Positions 1-10,047 of a stretch of 61,094 nt of DNA are shown here, piece after piece (the first letter of the stretch is position 1; the number at the start of each line of letters is the position of its first letter). Below the pieces are notes generated by a model. The model was not told the DNA's origin. It saw only the letters and a program-made list of their open reading frames with translations, and did not search any database. The position numbers and the translations under genes were made by a program. Source of the DNA: an uncultured virus (IMG/VR IMGVR_UViG_2061766007_000583) (Duplodnaviria > Heunggongvirae > Uroviricota > Caudoviricetes); IMG/VR virus record IMGVR_UViG_2061766007_000583. One strand, given 5' to 3'.

Positions 1-466
1 CTAATAAGAATATACAATAAACAAATAGTTGATGATTTAAAAAAATATAATATAATACCTAATAAAACATATGAAAGTATTAATTGTGGATTACCTAATA
101 TACCACAAAAATTTTTAATTTATTTTATAGAAGGATATTTCGATGGAGATGGTGCTATTTTTAAAAATAAAAAAAATAACTGCTTAAATGCAAATATAAC
201 TTCTGTAAANNNNNNNNNNNNNNNNNNNNNNNNNNNNNNNNNNNNNNNNNNNNNNNNNNNNNNNNNNNNNNNNNNNNTTAATGATAAAAGTTTTGATAGG
301 TTAATTGCTTATCAAATAAATATTAAAGGTATGAAAAATTGTTATAAATTTTTAAGTTTAATTTATAATAATTCTAGTTTATATTTAGATAGAAAATATC
401 AAATGTTTAAAGANNNNNNNNNNNNNNNNNNNNNNNNNNNNNNNNGAAAGAATAAAAAATAGATAA
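1..466 (+). CDS. Intron-encoded LAGLIDADG homing endonuclease (partial, gapped)
   Basis: Frame 1 reads ...FLIYFIEGYFDGDGAIF...; after the gap ...LSLIYNNSSLYLDRKYQMF, typical of the C-terminal half of LAGLIDADG enzymes; end position approximate because of N runs. Confidence 0.8.
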
Positions 467-739
467 TTTCATTTAATAAAAAATTGCCACTCTAATTAGT
501 AATAATTAGAATAAATCGGGAAAGAAAACTGGAAGGCTGAAATGCTAATCAGAATCGAAGTATTGTTTTAAAAGACTATACAGATGCAACGCATAGGAAT
601 TGAAACTATTAAAATAATAGAATATAATATTCCCACGAGTTCCCGACCCCTATTTATATAGGGTGAAAAGATATGCTGAACTTATAGGAAATACAACTAT
701 AAGAATTAAAGGATAAAAAGCCTTTAAGTTAACAAATTG
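1..739 (+). ncRNA. Group I intron (5' part outside window) interrupting the large terminase gene
   Basis: P3 TCGGGAA (516-522)/TTCCCGA (640-646); P7 GCATA (591-595)/TATGC (672-676) with AAGA J8/7; P8 CCCTA..TAGGG; P9-type hairpins ~680-730; terminal G739 followed directly by GAC AGA ACA ... (DRTNLLITDE, terminase Walker B). Confidence 0.85.
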
Positions 740-1975
740 GACAGAACAAATTTACTTATTACTGACGAGTGTTGTCTTATTAAGAAAAAAGACTATGATA
801 CTATAGCAGAACCATTAACTGAAAGATATTCTTTTAATGGTCTTGAATTTGAACCTAAACAAGTATTTTTAAGTTCTCCTAGAGATAAAAATAGTTGGTT
901 TTGGACTTATTTAAGAAAGATGGTTCACGACCATTATAAGGGCAAAAAGGAAGTAAATTTCTTTGCTTCTGATATTTATTGTGCAGTTGCAAATAAAATC
1001 CAAACAGTTAAACAATTTAATAATAAAAAGAATAATTCCGACCCTTATGCTTGGGAACAAGAGTATCTTTGTATATGGCACGGAGATAAAGAAGATGCTA
1101 TATTTAAAAGACAAGATTTTCTCGATGCTCAAGTTTTAAATTGTACATATTATCCACCTAATTTAAATTACGATTATATTAATAAAATAGAGTATAATGA
1201 AAATGAAGTAAGATTTTTATGTGCCGATTTAGCATTAAGTGGTGGTCAAGAAAACGACTTAACAGTATTAATGTATTGTATTGCTGAAATTGATACTGGT
1301 AATATTAGAATAGAGTACATAAGTACATTTAGTGGAATGAATGCAAATGAACAAGTTTTAAGATTTAAACAAGCGTTAATAGATTTTAATGCTAGTTATT
1401 TTGTATATGATGCAAAAGGCATTGGAGTTAGTATTACTGATGTTATGATGGCTAAAACAAAAGATACTAAAGCATGGACTGTTAATACAGATAAAAATTT
1501 AATGATGTGTTCACAAACTGTATTGGAAGATAAAATAGCAAGAAGCCTTGAAGAAGATGCACTTGATGTTATGATTCCAATTGTTTCAACTTCTGATTCA
1601 AACTCTAAAAATCATTACAATCTTTGGTCTTATTTAAGAAATAAAAAACTTAAATTATTAAAAGATTGTTATACTAGAGAATATGAATTACAAGATGAAA
1701 TGCCTACTTTTGTAACAAAAGATGGTGCAGAAAAAGCAGAAATATTATTGCCATATAAACAAACTGATTTATTGATTAATGAAAGTTGTAATCTTGAAAT
1801 AATAAGAAATGGTTTAGATAATATTACTGTTAAAGAAAAGAGTGGTGCATTAAAGGATAGATTTATGTGTTTGGGATATGCTTGTGCATTTGCAAATAAA
1901 CTTTATATGAAATATCAAGTCGGATTTGAAGAAGAATTTGATATTAACGATTATACAGAAGCCTTTAAAATTTAA
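740..1975 (+). CDS. Terminase large subunit, 3' exon (phage A)
   Basis: Walker B LLITDE, coupling motif FLSS, nuclease motifs CADLALSGGQENDLT, YDAKGIG and KDRFMC; directly upstream of portal; TTG737 has no RBS and is the intron 3' end. Confidence 0.88.
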   Translation, partial: DRTNLLITDECCLIKKKDYDTIAEPLTERYSFNGLEFEPKQVFLSSPRDKNSWFWTYLRKMVHDHYKGKKEVNFFASDIYCAVANKIQTVKQFNNKKNNSDPYAWEQEYLCIWHGDKEDAIFKRQDFLDAQVLNCTYYPPNLNYDYINKIEYNENEVRFLCADLALSGGQENDLTVLMYCIAEIDTGNIRIEYISTFSGMNANEQVLRFKQALIDFNASYFVYDAKGIGVSITDVMMAKTKDTKAWTVNTDKNLMMCSQTVLEDKIARSLEEDALDVMIPIVSTSDSNSKNHYNLWSYLRNKKLKLLKDCYTREYELQDEMPTFVTKDGAEKAEILLPYKQTDLLINESCNLEIIRNGLDNITVKEKSGALKDRFMCLGYACAFANKLYMKYQVGFEEEFDINDYTEAFKI

Positions 1976-1995
1976 GAAAGGAGGTTAATTGTATT

Positions 1996-3591
1996 TTGGA
2001 AAATAATGAAATTGAAGAAGTTAGTCAAGATAGTTTGACTACACAACAAGTTTGGGATATAGTAGAATATGTAAATGGCTTATATCAGAATATCAGAACA
2101 AATGGTGTAGATATTAATGGACATACATATATTTATAATCCACAAAGCGAAAGTCTTAATTTAAAGAACTTGACTAATAATCCTAAAGTTTCTAGTCTTG
2201 AAGAAATTAGAAAGGCACAAGCAAACTATAAATATAGTGACGAATTATTACAAGAAATCTCCGAATTTATGAAATTTTGGGATGGCTTATATAATAAAGC
2301 ATTAAGATATTATGCTAGTTTGTTACGTTGGAATTGGAGTTATGTTTGTATAAACGCTAGTGGTGAAGATTATGCTAGTGACGAATATAAAGAAGATTTA
2401 AAAAAAGTTTTAGATTTCTTTAATAAGTTCAAGTTAAAAAACGAAGGAGAAAAAATTATTAAAAACTGTTTAGTTTCTGATAGTTATTTTACTTGGTTTA
2501 GAAAATCTGCTATTGGTTATACTTTACAAGTAATGCCACAAGATAGATGTAAAATAACTGGAACTAGTGCAGTATGTGATTTCTTATATGACTTTGATTT
2601 ATCTTATTTTTATAACGCTACTGTTAATATAGAAAATTATGATAAATCACTTATAGAAGCCTTTAGTCAAATGAATCTTGGAGAAGGAAATAATATAAAA
2701 AGTTTTGTTTCTAGAAAAGGTGATTTGAAGAAAGGAACATATATATATAACGATTGGGTTAGAACAAGAGTAGATAAAGGTGCTTGGTGTTGGAAATTTA
2801 ATTCTGAAACATTTAATGTAGTTCCACCTTTAACTGCAATGTTCAAAAGTTTGTTTAATGATGATATTATACAAGACTTACAGAAGAATAAAGATATGAT
2901 TGCTTCTAATGTCTTACTTTGGGGTGAAATGCCTTTAAAGAAAGAAGGATTAACTGGTGCAGAAAAAGCACCTTTTAAAGTTGAAGCAAAACAAATCGGT
3001 CAATTATTACAGTTGGCAAGAAAAGCAGTTAGTAAAGAGATTAAAGTAATTCCTTTACCACTTGAGAATACGAGGTCTGCTCAATTTCAAGATGGTAATT
3101 CTTTAATGTCTCAAAACTATTTAAAAACTACTGCTGGTCAATTAACTAATACACCCGAAATGATTTTCACTACTGAAAAGATGTCTCAAGAAATAGTTAA
3201 GAATGCTTTATATCTTGATTATGCTTGGGTATCAAATATATATCGACAAATGGAAAAATTCTTAAACTATTTTGTCAACAAAGAAACTACAAAATATAAA
3301 TTCAAATTCAGTATAGATGGTTCTAACTTATATTGGGTTACTAAAGACAATCAAGATAGTATTATAAAATTAATGGACAAGGGAATACTATTTAATGAGT
3401 CTAAAATTGCTTCACTTTGGGATATGGAAGCACAAGATTTAATTGCTAATATGGAAGAAGCGAAGTATAGTGGATTTGTAGATAAGTTACAATTAATGCT
3501 TAATACAAATACTACAAGTAATACTAAAATAAATGGAAGACCTTCTACTGATGAAAATGATAATACAGAATTAAGTAGAGAGTATAGTTAG
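1996..3591 (+). CDS. Portal protein (phage A)
   Basis: 531 aa between terminase and protease; RBS AAAGGAGG; C-terminal GRPS acidic tail typical of portals. Confidence 0.75.
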   Translation: MENNEIEEVSQDSLTTQQVWDIVEYVNGLYQNIRTNGVDINGHTYIYNPQSESLNLKNLTNNPKVSSLEEIRKAQANYKYSDELLQEISEFMKFWDGLYNKALRYYASLLRWNWSYVCINASGEDYASDEYKEDLKKVLDFFNKFKLKNEGEKIIKNCLVSDSYFTWFRKSAIGYTLQVMPQDRCKITGTSAVCDFLYDFDLSYFYNATVNIENYDKSLIEAFSQMNLGEGNNIKSFVSRKGDLKKGTYIYNDWVRTRVDKGAWCWKFNSETFNVVPPLTAMFKSLFNDDIIQDLQKNKDMIASNVLLWGEMPLKKEGLTGAEKAPFKVEAKQIGQLLQLARKAVSKEIKVIPLPLENTRSAQFQDGNSLMSQNYLKTTAGQLTNTPEMIFTTEKMSQEIVKNALYLDYAWVSNIYRQMEKFLNYFVNKETTKYKFKFSIDGSNLYWVTKDNQDSIIKLMDKGILFNESKIASLWDMEAQDLIANMEEAKYSGFVDKLQLMLNTNTTSNTKINGRPSTDENDNTELSREYS

Positions 3592-3601
3592 GGGGTGTAA
3601 T

Positions 3602-3790
3602 ATGATTATTCTTGGTGAACCTAAATACCCCGAACAATATCTTTCTATTGATGCCGATAGAGGAAAAATATTACACGAACTCGGATTTATTCCAGTGTAT
3701 AAGAGTACGAAAAATGGTAATTTGTATTTTATAAGAACTGATGAAATCTTAAAGGTGGTAGAAGAAAAATGGAATTTCAAGACAAAGTAA
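3602..3790 (+). CDS. Small hypothetical protein
   Basis: 62 aa ORF with GGGGG RBS, overlaps next gene. Confidence 0.55.
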   Translation: MIILGEPKYPEQYLSIDADRGKILHELGFIPVYKSTKNGNLYFIRTDEILKVVEEKWNFKTK

Positions 3791-5103
3791 CAATGTCTAT
3801 CAGTAATTGGGGTGAATACATCAATGATGATAACATTGAATTTGCCTTTGGTAAAGTTGATTTTTTAAGTAATCGACCCAATTCTCATAAGCATTTATAT
3901 TCTGAAGAAGTTATTAAAGAATATGCTCCCACTGTATTAGGTAAATGGGTTGTTGCAGAATATAGTAAATATACTTCTGATGCTACTACTCATACCGATA
4001 ACGAAGTAATAGTGGGTTATGTTCCTACTTCTCAAGAAGTAAAATACAGATACGATGCTGACGGATATTTAATAGCAAGTGTTGATGTTATAATATCTAA
4101 AATTTATGCAACTGATGTTTATGAAATGTTTAAGAGAAAAAATTATAAGTCAGTTAGTATAGAAGAATTAGTTAATTTTACCGAAGAGACAAGTAATATT
4201 ATTGACGGAGTAGAAGAAAAAATAATAGAATCATTCAATATTTGTGGAATTACAATATTAGGAGATAAATATAATCCTAGTGTTCCTAACGCAAATATTC
4301 AGTTAACAAAAATGTCTGAAAGTGATGCAGATAAAAAACTAGAAGATATTTATGTCACATATTCAGAAAAGCATATGGATAAGATTGATATTGTATTATC
4401 AAAACTTGAATCTATAGAAAGAATTATAAACAAGGAGGAAAATATGGAAAATCAATTAAATCCTTCTGAAGAGCAAGTAATTGTAGAAAATGCTTGTACT
4501 GAAGAAAATGCTTGTGATACAGTCGAAAACGCTGAAACTATAGAGAATGAAGCAGTTGAAAATTCTGAAGCAATTGATAATGGTTGTGGAGAAGAAGTAG
4601 ACAATGCTTGTGGTGGTGGCGAAGAAGACAAAAAGGCTGAAGAAGAAGTTAAGAATGAAGAAGTAGAAAAGCCTAAAGATGAAGAAGAAGACATTGAAGA
4701 CAAAGATGAAGACAAAGAAGATGATGAAAAAGAAACTGTTGAAAATGTAGAAATGGCTGAACTTCAGACTAAACTTTCAGAAGCAGAATCTAAAATCGCA
4801 AGTTACGAAGCAGAAATCGCTGAACTTAAATCATTTAAGGAAAGCGTACAGAATGCAGAAAAGAAGAGTATTGGCAATCAGACACTTGAGAAGATTAGAG
4901 GCTTTATTTCTGAAGAAGAATATTCCGAATATCAGAAACAATTTGAAGAATGTCAGTATTCTGAAGTTGGTGCATTGAAAAATTCAATATTGGCAAAATA
5001 TGTAGACAATATTATTGAAATGTCTCAAAAGAATGAACAAACTGAAATTGTTGATTATGGTATTCCAGTATCAACAAATAAAGTAGATTCAATTTATGAT
5101 TAA
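3769..5103 (+). CDS. Prohead protease / scaffold fusion
   Basis: N-terminal protease-like domain (NSH, DATTH, SVSIEE, GITILG..PSVPNA), then acidic coiled coil; position before decoration/capsid genes. Confidence 0.75.
   Translation: MEFQDKVTMSISNWGEYINDDNIEFAFGKVDFLSNRPNSHKHLYSEEVIKEYAPTVLGKWVVAEYSKYTSDATTHTDNEVIVGYVPTSQEVKYRYDADGYLIASVDVIISKIYATDVYEMFKRKNYKSVSIEELVNFTEETSNIIDGVEEKIIESFNICGITILGDKYNPSVPNANIQLTKMSESDADKKLEDIYVTYSEKHMDKIDIVLSKLESIERIINKEENMENQLNPSEEQVIVENACTEENACDTVENAETIENEAVENSEAIDNGCGEEVDNACGGGEEDKKAEEEVKNEEVEKPKDEEEDIEDKDEDKEDDEKETVENVEMAELQTKLSEAESKIASYEAEIAELKSFKESVQNAEKKSIGNQTLEKIRGFISEEEYSEYQKQFEECQYSEVGALKNSILAKYVDNIIEMSQKNEQTEIVDYGIPVSTNKVDSIYD
4444..5103 (+). CDS. 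Probable nested in-frame scaffolding protein
   Basis: Strong internal RBS AAGGAGG (4432-4438) before in-frame ATG4444, at the protease/acidic coiled-coil boundary. Confidence 0.6.
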   Translation: MENQLNPSEEQVIVENACTEENACDTVENAETIENEAVENSEAIDNGCGEEVDNACGGGEEDKKAEEEVKNEEVEKPKDEEEDIEDKDEDKEDDEKETVENVEMAELQTKLSEAESKIASYEAEIAELKSFKESVQNAEKKSIGNQTLEKIRGFISEEEYSEYQKQFEECQYSEVGALKNSILAKYVDNIIEMSQKNEQTEIVDYGIPVSTNKVDSIYD

Positions 5104-5124
5104 TTTTATAAAGGAGAAAAAACA

Positions 5125-5664
5125 ATGGCAAAACATGGTGTATTATTTGAAGTAGATAATTTTATTCCTCGTTGCATTAATCGTGGAGCAATCGCTGAAA
5201 CAAACCTTGATGGTGGTGCAGTTGTTGTTGTAGGTGCTATGTCTTCTACAGATAATGAACTTTATACAGTATCTGCTCCTGCAAGTTCTACAGTTAAGAA
5301 AGTAGCAATCTGCTACAATCCTTCTGTAAAGTACGATGAAATTGGTGGAAACTTATATCCTGCTCGTTCACTTGACGATAGAAATTATTATAATATCTCT
5401 GGTAGAGCATTAGATGTATTCTTCCCTGATGAAGAAGTAGAATTTGGTGTTACTATGGCTAATATCGAAGGAACAACAAAGCCCGTTAAAGGTAAGTTCC
5501 TTGAGCCTACAGTTAACAAGACTACATTTACTATTAAGGACTCACAGACTGCAAATGTTCCTTCATTTGAAGTTGTAGAGATTAGAGAAGCAGTATATCC
5601 TACTGGTGATTTCTCTTCTGATACAGAAGATGTATTTGTAGTTAAAACTAGATTTAATGGATAA
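5125..5664 (+). CDS. Capsid decoration/stabilising protein
   Basis: 179 aa beta-rich protein between scaffold and capsid; strong RBS; high-expression-type codon usage. Confidence 0.6.
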   Translation: MAKHGVLFEVDNFIPRCINRGAIAETNLDGGAVVVVGAMSSTDNELYTVSAPASSTVKKVAICYNPSVKYDEIGGNLYPARSLDDRNYYNISGRALDVFFPDEEVEFGVTMANIEGTTKPVKGKFLEPTVNKTTFTIKDSQTANVPSFEVVEIREAVYPTGDFSSDTEDVFVVKTRFNG

Positions 5665-5695
5665 TTAAATAAACTATAGAAAGGAATAAGAAACA

Positions 5696-6817
5696 ATGAA
5701 GCAATTTCAAAATGTAATTAAATATTCTGAATCTTGCGAGAATGCTAAAAAGTTAGTTAATATCGCTGAAGATTATGCAAAGACAAGAGCAAATGAAATG
5801 TTCCATACTACTTTTGCTACTTATGCAGTAAATAAAGAAGGAAAGACTATTGGTCTTGACGAGAAAGCAAAACAACTTAACGAAGTTTTCTGTTCAGAAC
5901 TTGAAAGACGTTCAAAGTATTCTGTAGCAGACTTTGATGGCGATGTTTATGCATATAGTGAGTTTGGTGCAGTTGCTGAAATGTCAGCACAGTTGCAGAA
6001 GATTATTGTAGATGCTATGACACCTATTCTTATTTCTGCTACAAATCTCGGTCTTATCGCAGAGTTTCACTATGGTGGATATGGCGATACATTCGAGTTT
6101 GAACTTACTGACCCTCTTCCTTACAAGGTTTCAAAGATGGGTGCTAGACAGAAGCATACAAAGACTCAAGAGAAGAAAAAGACAAACAAGACAATCGCTA
6201 CAGAGATGTATGGTTTAACAACATATACAACTCTTCCACAGATTTTACTTGGTGAGTCTATGTTAGCAGAAGATGCTTATAAGATGGCAATTTCTATTAA
6301 TAAGAAGATTTACACACTTGTTATTAAGAAATTCGTTTCAGCAGTTGAGACACTTGACGATTCTAGATTTGTTCAGACAAACTATAATGAGAAGGGTCTC
6401 CTTGAGAAACTTCGTAATGGTTCTGCATACAATGGTGAGCAGATGCTTGTTGTTGGTGATGCAGTAGCATTGAAGACACTCCTTCCTTCTGAACCAAAAG
6501 TTGAAATTCTTCTTTCTGATGATTTCAATACAAATCTTGGTTATATGTCAGTATGGAACACATACAAGGTTCTTGGTCTTGACGTAGTTGCTGACCCTGA
6601 TGAAACAAGTGGTGTTCTTGGACTTCCTACAAACAGAATTTATGGTATTCCCGTTAACGGAACAAAACTTGTTCAGGTTGCTATCGGTGCTACTATGACA
6701 AATACTGATGGTGAGTTCGAGAACAACAACCTTGCTATTCTCTCTACATTGAGAAAAGAAATCGGTGTTGAACTTGCAACTAACAAGAAGGTTGTTAAGT
6801 GTACTCTTGGTGCTTAA
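5696..6817 (+). CDS. Major capsid protein (phage A)
   Basis: 373 aa, position, strongly biased codon usage, followed by a long hairpin. Confidence 0.8.
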   Translation: MKQFQNVIKYSESCENAKKLVNIAEDYAKTRANEMFHTTFATYAVNKEGKTIGLDEKAKQLNEVFCSELERRSKYSVADFDGDVYAYSEFGAVAEMSAQLQKIIVDAMTPILISATNLGLIAEFHYGGYGDTFEFELTDPLPYKVSKMGARQKHTKTQEKKKTNKTIATEMYGLTTYTTLPQILLGESMLAEDAYKMAISINKKIYTLVIKKFVSAVETLDDSRFVQTNYNEKGLLEKLRNGSAYNGEQMLVVGDAVALKTLLPSEPKVEILLSDDFNTNLGYMSVWNTYKVLGLDVVADPDETSGVLGLPTNRIYGIPVNGTKLVQVAIGATMTNTDGEFENNNLAILSTLRKEIGVELATNKKVVKCTLGA

Positions 6818-6853
6818 TCAAGAATATAACTACCTTTGAGTAGTATAAAATAG

Positions 6854-6904
6854 ATTATCAGTGGTATTGTTAAATGTGACAGTGCCACTGATAATAGTAC
6901 ATAA
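6854..6904 (+). promoter_or_regulatory. 17-bp RNA stem-loop followed by GTACATAA (site 1)
   Basis: Stem 6854-6870/6879-6895 with two G-U pairs, no U-tract; GTACATAA at 6897-6904; RBS follows. Confidence 0.7.
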
Positions 6905-6924
6905 GAAAGGAATTATATTTAAAT

Positions 6925-7596
6925 ATGGCAAGACAGAAAAAGGCTGAAGAAAAGCCTATTGAAACAAAAGAAGCAAAGAATACTGTCGCAAAAAAAGAGA
7001 CAGTTGTAGAAGATAAAAAAGACAATGAATTAGAAAAACAAAATGCAGAACTTTTAGACTTAATTAAGAGTATGAAAGAAGAAATTAATAATTTGAAGGC
7101 TCAACAGTCAATTCAGCCACAAGTTATTGTTCAGCAGTCTGCTAATAATGATTTAACAAGAACTGTAAAGGTTACAAGTTTAATTGGAAATACTTATTTC
7201 TTATCAACACAACCTAATGGCAAAGGAGCAAGTTTTAGATTTGATAATTACGGTGATAGTTTAAATATTAAATTTACAGATATGCAGTCAATTCTTCAAA
7301 TTTATGGAAAACAGTTTGAAGAAGGATATGCAGTTCTTGGTAGTCAGAAAGATTATGAAGATTTAGGTGTAGGATATATGTATGATATGGTATTATCAAA
7401 AGATAAGTTTGATAAGTTATTACAACTTAAATCCGATAGTGATGTAGATATTATTCTTAATTTTAGCGATGATATGTTAGATAATATTTTAAGAATTATT
7501 GCTGAAAGAATTAAGAAGGGTGCAAATTACGATTATAATATTATCAATAGATTACAGAAAGAAACTGACTTGGAAGGATATATCAAGTTAGAGTAA
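6925..7596 (+). CDS. Hypothetical head-region protein (Lys/Glu-rich N-terminus, coiled coil)
   Basis: 223 aa ORF with RBS, immediately after capsid gene. Confidence 0.6.
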   Translation: MARQKKAEEKPIETKEAKNTVAKKETVVEDKKDNELEKQNAELLDLIKSMKEEINNLKAQQSIQPQVIVQQSANNDLTRTVKVTSLIGNTYFLSTQPNGKGASFRFDNYGDSLNIKFTDMQSILQIYGKQFEEGYAVLGSQKDYEDLGVGYMYDMVLSKDKFDKLLQLKSDSDVDIILNFSDDMLDNILRIIAERIKKGANYDYNIINRLQKETDLEGYIKLE

Positions 7597-7605
7597 ATAA
7601 CTCCG

Positions 7606-7657
7606 TAAAGAACTTATTGGGGTGTTCTTTAAATTTCTTTGCCCCATTCGTACATAA
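7606..7657 (+). promoter_or_regulatory. Predicted H-type pseudoknot followed by GTACATAA (site 2)
   Basis: S1 TAAAGAAC (7606-7613)/GTTCTTTA (7624-7631); S2 TGGGGT (7618-7623)/GCCCCA (7641-7646); GTACATAA at 7650-7657. Confidence 0.55.
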
Positions 7658-7684
7658 CAAATTTTTAAGAAAGGAGAATAAATC

Positions 7685-8161
7685 GTGACAAGTTTTGAAG
7701 AAATATATGACATATTTATGGTCACTTCTCTATCGGATTATAGATTAAATAATCTATATGTAAATGATAAAGAAGCATTTTACGATTTTTTACGAGGCTT
7801 TCTTACAAAATCTGCTTTTAAATTTTCAGACGAATTAATACATAAATTAGATTTTATATCACAAAAAGAACCGATTGAAGAAGGTAGTGAAGATACTGTT
7901 ACTAGATATTATTTCGTTAACGACTTATTGCCATTAGAAAAAACTATATTAGTTGATTCTATGGTAATTCATTGGTACGAAAAGAATACTGAAGATATAT
8001 TAGAAATGTCTTCACGTTTAGGTACTAAAGACGCTAAAGAAAATAATAATAGGTCTAATCTCAAAGAGAAAAATATTAGAATAAGAGAATTATATAGTGC
8101 TTTATATGCCGATATTAGAAACTTACAGTTGCAGAATTTAAATGCACTAGAAGGGTGGTAA
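7685..8161 (+). CDS. Putative head-tail connector/adaptor
   Basis: 158 aa helical protein in neck position; RBS AAAGGAG. Confidence 0.5.
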   Translation: MTSFEEIYDIFMVTSLSDYRLNNLYVNDKEAFYDFLRGFLTKSAFKFSDELIHKLDFISQKEPIEEGSEDTVTRYYFVNDLLPLEKTILVDSMVIHWYEKNTEDILEMSSRLGTKDAKENNNRSNLKEKNIRIRELYSALYADIRNLQLQNLNALEGW

Positions 8162-8162
8162 T

Positions 8163-9443
8163 ATGGTGCTATATGATAATTATTTAAAATATTTTAATAA
8201 AACACCTAATGAACAATATCGTGAAGATGTTCAAGCGTTTGTAGATGAAAGTTGGGATAATAATATTTTGATTGATAAAATCATATTAGAAGATTCTCCT
8301 AGAACTTTTAGTTATGAAGATAACAATATAGTAGAAGCATATATAGATAGTGTTAGTGAAGTATCAACAAACACTGCAAAGATAGAAGGAAACTATATAT
8401 CTGTATTGTTTAAAGATTGTTATTTTCAATACAATCGTGGTTCAATGTTTTATAGACCTAGTAATAAGAATTACTATATAGTATATCAGTCTACTAATGA
8501 TATGAGAACTATGTCTAAATGTAAAGCAATTCAATGTAATAATATTATAAAGTGGATTGATGTAGATAGTAAACAAATTATTGCATATCCTTGTTCTATG
8601 GGAAATGAATTAACTTCTACTACTTCGCAAGATTTAAAATTTATTTCAACTGCGAATGGGAGAATGGCAGTTATTGTATTTGGTAATGAATATACAAGAA
8701 AACTTGAATTAAATCAAAGAATTATATTTAACGGCGTTCCTTATAGAATTAATGCAATAAAGAATTATGAAGAGAATAATTTTGTTGACAGAGAAGTAGA
8801 ATTATTATTTTTATATCTTGAGAAAAGTTCAATTGAACCGACAGATGATTATATATATAATATTGCAAACTTTAAAGAATATGAATATTTAGTTGAAGTA
8901 AGTCAGAATGAAATAAAAGATATTATTGGTACAAAAGGAACTTTAACGGCTCAATTAACTTGTAATGGTGAAATAGTTAATGGTGCTAAATTTAAATGGA
9001 TTAGTGATGATATAAATGTTATCCAAATAGATAAGTATGGTAATTATGAAATAGTTGGAGAAATTGGAGATACTGCTAAAATTAAATGTTTATATATTGA
9101 TGATATATATGCAGAAGTTGAAGTAGAAGTAGTAGAAAATGTAGAAGATTTAGTCGAATTAAAGATAACTCCTAGTGATGATTCTATTGAAATATCAAAG
9201 AATACTTATCAAAACTTTATGTTTGAATTATATGTTAATAATGAAAAACAAAATGATGCAGTATTTACTTATATTGTAAATTTTGTTGATAATAATTATT
9301 ATACTATAATAGATAATAACGACCATAATGGCATAAGAGTTATTTGTCATAATGCTACAAAGCAGAAATTGATAATAACTGTAAATAATAATGAATACTC
9401 TATCAGCAAACAAATAAATATAAAATTGAAGGGAGTATGGTAA
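8163..9443 (+). CDS. Putative head closure/neck protein with C-terminal Ig-like domains
   Basis: 426 aa; Big_2-like motif (LTAQLTCNG..FKWISDD..QIDKYG); neck position. Confidence 0.5.
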   Translation: MVLYDNYLKYFNKTPNEQYREDVQAFVDESWDNNILIDKIILEDSPRTFSYEDNNIVEAYIDSVSEVSTNTAKIEGNYISVLFKDCYFQYNRGSMFYRPSNKNYYIVYQSTNDMRTMSKCKAIQCNNIIKWIDVDSKQIIAYPCSMGNELTSTTSQDLKFISTANGRMAVIVFGNEYTRKLELNQRIIFNGVPYRINAIKNYEENNFVDREVELLFLYLEKSSIEPTDDYIYNIANFKEYEYLVEVSQNEIKDIIGTKGTLTAQLTCNGEIVNGAKFKWISDDINVIQIDKYGNYEIVGEIGDTAKIKCLYIDDIYAEVEVEVVENVEDLVELKITPSDDSIEISKNTYQNFMFELYVNNEKQNDAVFTYIVNFVDNNYYTIIDNNDHNGIRVICHNATKQKLIITVNNNEYSISKQINIKLKGVW

Positions 9444-9444
9444 T

Positions 9445-10047
9445 ATGAATAACGGCAATTTTGATACTGCTTATAATACTGGTCAAGACATACCATACAT
9501 ACTTTCTAAAATATTTGAATTTCTAATTGAAGAAGGTAGTGAAAATTTTTGGAAAGCAATTTATTACAAAGATTATGACTGCCTTGACCAACCCAATTTA
9601 ACAATGTCAGAAAAAAGAAAATTAATTTACACCAATGGAAAAAATCTTAATGATTATAATATATATTTAAATGCTCCTTTAATATCCCCTGAAGAAGATA
9701 ATGCTAAAACAATATTAAAGGCATATATTTTAAGAGTTAAACCAATCACTCAAATGGATTTTGTAGTTTCATTTAATTTTGATATTATAACTCATACAAC
9801 CTTATCTAATATTGAAAAAGATACAGATATGGTTAGTAGAATAGACTTTATTGAGTCTGAATTAATTAGAATGTTAAATCAAAGAGATTTCTTTTTTGGT
9901 AGAATTAAGTTTGACCATAGGACTAGTACGGATGCTCATAGTATATTAGCATATAATAACTCTAATAACTTTTTTGGACGTTGCTTAACTATGGCAGTTT
10001 TAAATACTAGACACGATGAAAACATAGAATGTGAAGAAGTATGGTAG
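9445..10047 (+). CDS. Putative tail terminator/completion protein
   Basis: 200 aa, position before tail tube; assignment by synteny only. Confidence 0.4.
   Translation: MNNGNFDTAYNTGQDIPYILSKIFEFLIEEGSENFWKAIYYKDYDCLDQPNLTMSEKRKLIYTNGKNLNDYNIYLNAPLISPEEDNAKTILKAYILRVKPITQMDFVVSFNFDIITHTTLSNIEKDTDMVSRIDFIESELIRMLNQRDFFFGRIKFDHRTSTDAHSILAYNNSNNFFGRCLTMAVLNTRHDENIECEEVW

Noticed and set aside
737..739. TTG as start of a stand-alone terminase (likewise TTG17378 for TMP)
   Set aside because: No RBS; both are the terminal ..TTG of group I introns and the proteins resume mid-domain
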